This document shows, in pieces, positions 17,773 to 24,499 of a stretch of 64,000 nt of DNA; position 1 is the stretch's first letter, and each line of letters opens with the position of its first letter. The notes below the pieces were generated by a model. It ran no database searches. It was not told where the DNA came from and saw only the letters and a list, made by a program, of their open reading frames with translations. The position numbers and the translations under genes are program-made. The stretch is from a phage. Location: NCBI GenBank assembly GCA_016658885.1, contig GCA_016658885.1_4807.1, one strand, 5' to 3'.

Positions 17773-17807
17773 TCGCCGCCAGAGTTTTTAGTTGCTACTG
17801 GCGGCGA
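17773..17807 (+). other. GC-rich hairpin (10-bp stem, 15-nt loop) between helicase gene and the Lys/Ala/Glu-rich gene
   Basis: tcgccgccag...ctggcggcga; no downstream T-run. Confidence 0.4.
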
Positions 17808-17876
17808 CTGAAGGCATAATTAAGTTATCCCAAACGGGGAATATAAAATAAACTAATTTATTTAAGGACTGTGAAC

Positions 17877-18716
17877 ATGGCCGAAGCAATCAAAGTATTA
17901 TCTAAAGAAGAAAAACAAGCAGCTGCAGCAGAACGTCGTCGCGTGGCTGAAGAAAAACGTCTGGCTAAAAAGAAAGAAGCCGAAGAAAAACGCCAGAAGC
18001 GTGAGCAGGAAAAACAAGCCAAGCGTGAAGAAGCTGCGCTGAAACGCAAGCAGGCTGCTGATGAGAAGGCTCAGAAGCGTGCTGAAGAAGCAGCTAAGAA
18101 AGCTAAAGAGCGTGCAGAAAAGGCTGCTGCTAAGAAAGCAGAGCGTGAAGCTGCTAAAGCAGCGAAAGAAATCGAAAAGGCAAAGGCTAAAGAAGAAGCC
18201 AAGCGCCTGAAAGCTGAACAAGCTGCTGCTAAGAAAGCAGAGCGTGATCAAGCACGTGCTGCAGCGAAGGCCGAAAAAGAGAAGGCCAAAGAAGAAGCTA
18301 AAGCGAAACGCAAGGCAGAGCGTGAAGCTGCTAAGATTGCGGCTAAAGAAGCTGCAGAACAGCAGAAAGAACAGCGTAAGAAAGAAGCTGAAGAACGTCG
18401 CAAAGCCATCGCAGAACGTAAGGCTGCTAAAAAGGCAAACGGTCAGCGTCGTGCAAAAGCAACCCACTTCATCTACACTGGCAATGGCCTGAGCCAGCCG
18501 CAAGAGCATTCCACCCGTGGACGCGTTCTGGCTGCGATCAAAGAAGGCGAAGTTGGCGTGGCGCAGTCTATCGATGAGCTGGGCGAAAAAGTTAAAGATC
18601 AACTGTTTGGCGCTTCCGTTCGCTCCTACCTGAGCAAGCTGGAAGAGATGGGCCACATCGAGTTTGTCGATGTTGAATCCAACGAAGATGCCGAAGACAG
18701 TGATCAAGCGGAATAA
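17877..18716 (+). CDS. Lys/Ala/Glu/Arg-rich low-complexity protein (predicted long single alpha-helix) with C-terminal globular domain
   Basis: About 190 residues composed almost only of K, A, E, R, Q; ATG at 17877 with AAGGA SD; codon choice (GCT/GCA, CGT, GAA, AAA) typical of highly expressed enterobacterial genes; own terminator. Confidence 0.6.
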   Translation: MAEAIKVLSKEEKQAAAAERRRVAEEKRLAKKKEAEEKRQKREQEKQAKREEAALKRKQAADEKAQKRAEEAAKKAKERAEKAAAKKAEREAAKAAKEIEKAKAKEEAKRLKAEQAAAKKAERDQARAAAKAEKEKAKEEAKAKRKAEREAAKIAAKEAAEQQKEQRKKEAEERRKAIAERKAAKKANGQRRAKATHFIYTGNGLSQPQEHSTRGRVLAAIKEGEVGVAQSIDELGEKVKDQLFGASVRSYLSKLEEMGHIEFVDVESNEDAEDSDQAE

Positions 18717-18743
18717 CCTTAGGACGGTTATACAGCGGTAATT

Positions 18744-18770
18744 GACCCACACTTGTTGTGGGTCTTTTTT
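18744..18770 (+). terminator. rho-independent terminator
   Basis: gacccaca-cttgt-tgtgggtc followed by tttttt. Confidence 0.7.
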
Positions 18771-18848
18771 CATCTGTACTAAATAAAATGACTTGTTGCT
18801 GTAAAATAATTTAGCTATTATACTTCTCATATCACCCACAAAGGACAA

Positions 18849-19844
18849 ATGAACATGAAACAACCTGTAATGATTATCGGCGGCGGATTGGCAGGACTTA
18901 TCACAGCGTGTCACTTCCCGAACTCTATTGTGTACGAAGCAGGGGAGCGAGCGCAACAGCACAAGGCGCTGCTACGCTTTCGCGGCGAAGAAGTAAGCCG
19001 TATTACCGGAATCCCTTTTAAGGCCGTGACAGTTGACAAGGCTGTGTATTTTCGCGGCAACTACTACCACGACCATTGCCCAATCAACCTTGCCAATATG
19101 TATTCCATGAAGGTCACCAATCAATTTGGCAGCCGTTCAATCATGAAGCTTAAGACTGCAACGCGTTATATTGCGCCTGACGACTTTTATGATCAGCTTG
19201 TCGACAAACTGGGTGACCGCATATTCTTTAATACTCCGGTCGATACTCTTTGCGGCTATAGCGAGACGCCAATCATCAACACGTCGCCGCTGCCAGTCAT
19301 GATGAAGCTGGCTGGTATTGATCAGAATCTTGACTTTTCATTCGATAAAGCAAACATTCGCGTTTACCGCTTTAAGATTAAACGTAAGTGTGAACTTTAT
19401 CAAACCATTTACTTTCCTGACTACTCCGTCAGAACTTACCGCGCTTCAATCACTGGCGACACATTGATCATTGAAACAATTCCTTTGGTTAGCGTAAGTG
19501 AAGCCGCAGTTGAAGCCGCTGGCGGCATTACTCGTTACCGTGACATTAAGTTGCGTGCAGAAGTTGACGAAGTGTTGACGGCCTTTGGTCTATCATGGAG
19601 TGACATCGCTCTCGAAGAAGTTGAGAAGGTCGACCAGAAGTATGGCAAGATTGTCGACATTCCGAAAGACTTGCGACACGCTCTACTCCTACAACTTACC
19701 ATGGATTTGAACGTGTTTAGTGTCGGTCGCTTTGCTACCTGGCGAAACATTTTGCTTGATGACGTTGCTCATGACCTTGTTGAAGTTGAAAAACTCATCA
19801 AAGCAAATAACTATCAAAAATTTGCTTATATTGCTAATAAATAA
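18849..19844 (+). CDS. putative FAD/NAD(P)-binding oxidoreductase
   Basis: 331 aa; N-terminal Rossmann dinucleotide motif VMIIGGGLAGL; start may be second ATG at 18855. Confidence 0.45.
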   Translation: MNMKQPVMIIGGGLAGLITACHFPNSIVYEAGERAQQHKALLRFRGEEVSRITGIPFKAVTVDKAVYFRGNYYHDHCPINLANMYSMKVTNQFGSRSIMKLKTATRYIAPDDFYDQLVDKLGDRIFFNTPVDTLCGYSETPIINTSPLPVMMKLAGIDQNLDFSFDKANIRVYRFKIKRKCELYQTIYFPDYSVRTYRASITGDTLIIETIPLVSVSEAAVEAAGGITRYRDIKLRAEVDEVLTAFGLSWSDIALEEVEKVDQKYGKIVDIPKDLRHALLLQLTMDLNVFSVGRFATWRNILLDDVAHDLVEVEKLIKANNYQKFAYIANK

Positions 19845-19889
19845 TTTGCTTTCTGCTTCAATGGGCGTATACTTTAATCATTGAAGCAG
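19845..19889 (+). promoter_or_regulatory. candidate promoter (TTTGCT-N16-TATACT) embedded in an 11-bp-arm palindrome
   Basis: ctgcttcaatg (19853-19863) / cattgaagcag (19879-19889) flank the -10 hexamer; upstream of gene 19911. Confidence 0.4.
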
Positions 19890-19910
19890 AACTCATAAGA
19901 GGAAACGAAA

Positions 19911-20357
19911 ATGAAACGCATCACTGGAATCGCTCTTGCCGCAACTGCTATTCTCGGCACCATGTATATGGAAGCGACTGAAGCCGCTGTCCGTACTTCC
20001 GATTCAATCGCCGTGTATGATTGCGAAGCGATGGACGGTAAAACCGCAGCAACCACTGGCGCAACTATCACGGCTTACATCGGCGTGAACGAGCAAGAAG
20101 GTCTGAATATTCAGATTCAAGGATTCACAGGGAAAGGTGCCAACCGTACTCCGTGGATGCAGCGTTTCACTTTCGTTCAGCCTCGTTCAACTGGCGGCTT
20201 TATCAACTTGATTGGTGAAAACCGTTCTGGTGCAGAAATCTTTACATCAATGAGTTCTAATAATGAACCAAAGAAAAGTTTTCAGTTGCTTTATAACGCA
20301 CAATTCGTTTATCATTGCACCTTCTCTGGTGATCAGCAACTAGTGAATTACCGTTAA
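19911..20357 (+). CDS. predicted secreted protein
   Basis: 148 aa; AAGAGGAAA SD; N-terminal signal-peptide-like MKRITGIALAATAILGTMYMEA. Confidence 0.5.
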   Translation: MKRITGIALAATAILGTMYMEATEAAVRTSDSIAVYDCEAMDGKTAATTGATITAYIGVNEQEGLNIQIQGFTGKGANRTPWMQRFTFVQPRSTGGFINLIGENRSGAEIFTSMSSNNEPKKSFQLLYNAQFVYHCTFSGDQQLVNYR

Positions 20358-20370
20358 TAGGATAATTAAA

Positions 20371-21174
20371 ATGAAAGTTGAATTAATTCGATACACCCAA
20401 GATGCACTTGACCTTTTGCTGGAAACAAAGAACACGCGCATGACTGGTAAGCCCGTCTCTGAGATGACAGAATCAGAGAAGCAAGAGCACTGGCGCTATA
20501 TGCTTGACACCATCAAGTCACCTTTTGACTTTGTGGACTATATCTTTGATATCACTGATGTATCAAAGAACATGACCCATCAGATGGTACGCACACGCAC
20601 AGGCGCATATCAAGAACGCACCAGCCGCGCGCAGGAGTCATCTGCTTTTGATGCGATTCGTCCGAAAGCGTTTGAGTATGACGACCCTGACAGGGTTATC
20701 GGCGAGCGAATCGACGAGCAGCGTTTGAAGTTGGCTAACACATGGGACGACGCCATGGCGACCATTGACGCCCTATACCAAGAACTTCGCGCGGCTGGCG
20801 CAGAGATTCAAGATGCACGTGCCGTTTTGCCTTCTAATATGCAAACTCATATCATGGCAAAGTTCAACTTGCGCACGCTGCAACAGATGGCGTCAAACCG
20901 CTTGTGCACGCGCACACAAGGCGAGTATCAAGAAGTATTTCGCGCAATGGTTGCGGAAGTCCTCAAGGTGCACCCGTGGGCTAATCCTTTACTACAGCCG
21001 CAATGCATCGGTATGGGTAAATGCGCGTTTCCTCGTCACGGCAAAGCCCATTGCCCTTGGTATCGTGATTGGATGGATACTACGGCACAGCAAGAAGAGT
21101 TGCGCATCCAGTTTTGGAATGCGATGCCAATCACCAACAATCCAGTTGCTAAAGATGGAGTATCAAAAGGATGA
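20371..21174 (+). CDS. ThyX-family (flavin-dependent thymidylate synthase-like) protein with variant motif
   Basis: 267 aa; C-terminal DARAVLPSN...NLRTL...NRLCTRTQGEYQEVF resembles ThyX; expected RHR(x7)S signature reads RTRTGAYQERTS. Confidence 0.5.
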   Translation: MKVELIRYTQDALDLLLETKNTRMTGKPVSEMTESEKQEHWRYMLDTIKSPFDFVDYIFDITDVSKNMTHQMVRTRTGAYQERTSRAQESSAFDAIRPKAFEYDDPDRVIGERIDEQRLKLANTWDDAMATIDALYQELRAAGAEIQDARAVLPSNMQTHIMAKFNLRTLQQMASNRLCTRTQGEYQEVFRAMVAEVLKVHPWANPLLQPQCIGMGKCAFPRHGKAHCPWYRDWMDTTAQQEELRIQFWNAMPITNNPVAKDGVSKG

Positions 21175-22043
21175 GCATTAAAAACAGCGAAATCTTAAAC
21201 GTATTCGACCTTGACGGAACGCTGTTTGATGATCGTTGGCGCTTAGACCGCATTAAGGTGGCAGGTCCGTTGTCAGACTATGATGATTATCACAGCGGTA
21301 TTGGTTATGATCAGTTCTATCCTCACATTGCATCAGCAGTAGAGTCGGCATCTCTTCGCGGTGAGGCGGTTGAATATTGGACTGCAAGGCCAGAAAAATA
21401 CAGACAAGTGACTTTTGAACGTCTGGACAATGTTTTTCCTTTTGATGAATTTACAATCAAGATGAGAGACTATGGCGACAAACGTACATCAACTATTATG
21501 AAATCTGCATGGCTATCGCACGCTTTGCGGCACGGCGATTATCGAATCATCAATGTATTCGACGACCGACAAGACGTACTCGCGCGGATGCAAGATGAAG
21601 CATTGTATTATAATTCCGTTGCTCAAAATAAAATCGCTTTTACATTTAATCTTTGCAAGGCAGGTGAAGTGGTGCAACAATTAGCAATTGATCCAAGCGC
21701 AACAGGGCAAGAAGAGACTAAGGCTGTGGAAGTTGAACAATCTCCGGCAACTGCCGCCGATATTCTTGATGCAATGGCAGCAACCTTCCGTGAGCGCAAC
21801 GCTGTCTATGGCGATAACGCTGTGATGGTAGGTCAGGTTATGCAAGTGCTTTTCCCTAATGGCGTGACGTTGAAAACGCCGGAAGACTACCACATGTGGC
21901 ATCTGTTCGAGCTTAAGATTGTCAAGCTTACACGCTTCGCAATCAGCGGCCTGAAGCACGAAGACTCTATACACGATGATGGTGTTTACAGCGCCATGTG
22001 TGAACGTCTTGTTAACACCCATAATATTAATTTCAATAAATAG
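21171..22043 (+). CDS. HAD-superfamily phosphatase-like N-domain fused to unknown C-terminal domain
   Basis: 290 aa; motif I VFDLDGTLFDD, later FDDRQD; ATGA overlap with upstream gene. Confidence 0.45.
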   Translation: MSIKNSEILNVFDLDGTLFDDRWRLDRIKVAGPLSDYDDYHSGIGYDQFYPHIASAVESASLRGEAVEYWTARPEKYRQVTFERLDNVFPFDEFTIKMRDYGDKRTSTIMKSAWLSHALRHGDYRIINVFDDRQDVLARMQDEALYYNSVAQNKIAFTFNLCKAGEVVQQLAIDPSATGQEETKAVEVEQSPATAADILDAMAATFRERNAVYGDNAVMVGQVMQVLFPNGVTLKTPEDYHMWHLFELKIVKLTRFAISGLKHEDSIHDDGVYSAMCERLVNTHNINFNK

Positions 22044-22087
22044 TTTACTTGTGCGTTTCGATGAGTTATATTTATCTCATCGAAACG
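22044..22087 (+). promoter_or_regulatory. candidate promoter (TTTACT-N17-TATATT) embedded in a perfect 12-bp-arm palindrome
   Basis: cgtttcgatgag (22054-22065) / ctcatcgaaacg (22076-22087); related element at 29343-29385. Confidence 0.45.
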
Positions 22088-22108
22088 AAGTCCAAAAAGG
22101 ATAAATAA

Positions 22109-22792
22109 ATGAAAAAAGTAATTGTTGTAACTGGCTGCAATTCCGGTCTTGGTAAATCCATTTTTGACACCCTTGGCGCTTACGGTCATGAAGTTGTCGG
22201 TATTGATTTGGAGAACGGCTATGACATCCGTAACGCGAAACAGATGAAAGAGCTTCTCTCTCAATACGACGTAGAAGGCTTGATCAACTGCGCTGGCGTC
22301 AACTCCAACAACTGGTTCGAAGATGTTAACTACGAAGAGTTCAATCGCGTTATGCACACCAACGCCTTCTCTTTCGTCAACACGACTCAGGCCGCGCTGA
22401 AAAGTCTTATTGACAACAAAGGTTTTGTGATCAACATCGTTTCCAACGCTGCGCATATTCCTATGACGTCCAGCTTGTGTTATAATGCTTCCAAGGCTGC
22501 TGCGCTCATGATTAGCAAGCAGATGGCTCACGAGCTTACGCCTAAATACGGGATCACGGTATTCTCTATTAGTCCTAACAAGCTACGTGGTACTGGCATG
22601 TCCAAACAGATTGAAGATGCTGTTTGCGCGACTCGCGGCTGGACTCCTGAATACGCTGCTGAATACCAGAAAAAGGCACTGATGAATGGATTGGAGACTG
22701 AGCCGCAAGTAATTGCTGACTTCATTCGCCATATCTTAATTACGGGCGCATGGCGCTTTATGTCTGGTACTGATATTCCATTCGGTAAATAA
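22109..22792 (+). CDS. short-chain dehydrogenase/reductase (SDR) family oxidoreductase
   Basis: 227 aa; TGCNSGLG (TGxxxGxG) and YNASK (YxxxK) motifs. Confidence 0.65.
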   Translation: MKKVIVVTGCNSGLGKSIFDTLGAYGHEVVGIDLENGYDIRNAKQMKELLSQYDVEGLINCAGVNSNNWFEDVNYEEFNRVMHTNAFSFVNTTQAALKSLIDNKGFVINIVSNAAHIPMTSSLCYNASKAAALMISKQMAHELTPKYGITVFSISPNKLRGTGMSKQIEDAVCATRGWTPEYAAEYQKKALMNGLETEPQVIADFIRHILITGAWRFMSGTDIPFGK

Positions 22793-22888
22793 ATCACGAA
22801 AATTTGAGGTTGTCACACCCGCTCCTGAAAAGAAACAGGACGAAGACGACACAGTAATTAATCAATAATATTTAATTAAGGAAACAAA

Positions 22889-23440
22889 ATGCCACATTTT
22901 AAAATTGAACAAATCGCCCTGTCAATTCCAGGTGCTCAGCGCGCACAGAATTTCCTGGCTAAAATCGGCCTGACAGAATGGTTCCATGATCACGTTGTTG
23001 CTACTGGTCGCGTATTTGAAGCTGATGTCTTTAAGGGTCAGCGCGGCGATTGCACCAACGAAGCTGACTTGCGCTTCAACTATCAGGCTGGCAACGGCAC
23101 CGATGGCGGCGCTGGTAAGCCTCTTGAGCTTGAAATTCTTGACTATACAAAAGGTTGCAACTGGATTCACGAAAACATCGAATACATCGATGCGCACGAC
23201 AATCAGGTTAGCCATCTTGGTATGCACGTGACTGCCGCTGAACTTGCTGAATGGCGCAAGTTCTTTAAAGAAGAAGGCATTCAGGTTGCGCAGGAAGTTG
23301 TGACCGACTCTCACACCAACCCAAACATTGCTGGTCAGCGTCGTTACAACTATGTAATCTTTGATACTCGTGAAATCATCGGTGTCGACCTTAAATTCAT
23401 CGTACGGTTGAATCAAGACGGTACTCCGTACACTGTATAA
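22889..23440 (+). CDS. hypothetical protein, possible VOC (glyoxalase-like) fold
   Basis: 183 aa; two-half pattern (KIEQIALSIPG..., HLGMHVTAAE..., YVIFDTREIIGVDLKFI) loosely resembling VOC modules. Confidence 0.3.
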   Translation: MPHFKIEQIALSIPGAQRAQNFLAKIGLTEWFHDHVVATGRVFEADVFKGQRGDCTNEADLRFNYQAGNGTDGGAGKPLELEILDYTKGCNWIHENIEYIDAHDNQVSHLGMHVTAAELAEWRKFFKEEGIQVAQEVVTDSHTNPNIAGQRRYNYVIFDTREIIGVDLKFIVRLNQDGTPYTV

Positions 23441-23456
23441 CGAATCGTGAATCTGT

Positions 23457-23481
23457 GGCCGTCCTAATGGGCGGCCTTTTT
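23457..23481 (+). terminator. rho-independent terminator
   Basis: ggccgtcc-taat-gggcggcc followed by ttttt, just before RBS of exonuclease gene. Confidence 0.55.
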
Positions 23482-23494
23482 GTAGGAGGCCAAT

Positions 23495-24037
23495 GTGTTA
23501 TTTCTCCCTTATGACTTCGAAACAACCGGATTAACCGTGCACCCGAAAGCGCCGCTTGGGATGCAGCCGCGCCCTATTGAATTTGCAGGTCTGTTGACAG
23601 ACGGCAAAGAGATTCTTGAAACTTTTGAGTTCATAATTAATCCTGAAATTGTGATTGAAGAAATCATCACAAAGATTACCGGATTAACAAATGAAGACCT
23701 TGAGTGCAATCCACCATTCATCAATTTCGTTCCGCAGCTAAAAGAAATATTCAAGAAGACGGATGCAACTATCGCGCACAACCATGCATTTGATAAAAAC
23801 ATTCTTGATTATGCACTACAGCGCGAAGGACTTACACTTGATGATGTTAATTTCCCAGAAATAAACATCTGTACAGTTGAGCAAACCTTGCCTATTTTTG
23901 GTCGAAGAGTTAAGCTTCAAGAGCTGTATGAATTATATTTCGGAAAATATGAACAGAAGCACCGTGCATTAGACGACGTAATATTACTGCACAAAGTCTG
24001 CCAACAAATTGGCGTATATGACATCTGGAGTAAATAA
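23495..24037 (+). CDS. DnaQ-like (DEDDh) 3'-5' exonuclease, likely proofreading subunit
   Basis: 180 aa, GTG start after TAGGAGG SD; Exo I DFETTGL, Exo II HNHAFD, Exo III HRALDD. Confidence 0.7.
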   Translation: MLFLPYDFETTGLTVHPKAPLGMQPRPIEFAGLLTDGKEILETFEFIINPEIVIEEIITKITGLTNEDLECNPPFINFVPQLKEIFKKTDATIAHNHAFDKNILDYALQREGLTLDDVNFPEINICTVEQTLPIFGRRVKLQELYELYFGKYEQKHRALDDVILLHKVCQQIGVYDIWSK

Positions 24038-24498
24038 TGCTTGACATAGACTATTTGCACGAGCATTTCGATTATTTTGATGGCCAGCTTATAGTCAAAA
24101 AGAAGCCCTATAAATATAGAACTCAGGTTGGTGAACCAATAGGCTATCTTCATGGAGATAGATTGAGATGTAATCTTCACGGAAGGAAATGGTTTGTTCA
24201 CCAGTTGATATTCTTCTATCATCATGGCTATTTGCCAGCTTATGGAATCGACCATTGGGATAGGAATCCACTAAATAACAGAATCGAAAACTTAAGACCT
24301 TGTGACGCATCATCAAATGCTCAGAATATCGAAAGGTCTGATGAAGTAGGAATAATCTTGACAATCAGCGGCACTTGGGAAGCGTCCATATCAATTAAAG
24401 GCAAAAAGAAGTACCTTGGAACTTTCAAGGAAAAGCACGAAGCCATTGAAGCGAGAATACGTGCAGAAAAAGACCACTACACCCACTACTGGAGGTAA
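24037..24498 (+). mobile_element. free-standing HNH endonuclease with AP2-like DNA-binding domain (homing endonuclease type)
   Basis: 153 aa; HHGYLPAYGIDHWDRNPLNNRIENLRPCDASSNAQN; inserted between exonuclease and polymerase genes. Confidence 0.65.
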
Positions 24499-24499
24499 C

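Noticed and set aside
17858-18962. Long minus-strand ORFs (17858..18049, 17898..18962) and plus-strand ORF 18244..18492 overlapping the Lys/Ala/Glu-rich gene
   Set aside because: Artefacts of the low-complexity GCN/AAR repeat, which stays open in several frames; translations are Phe/Leu/Ser-rich nonsense with no RBS.
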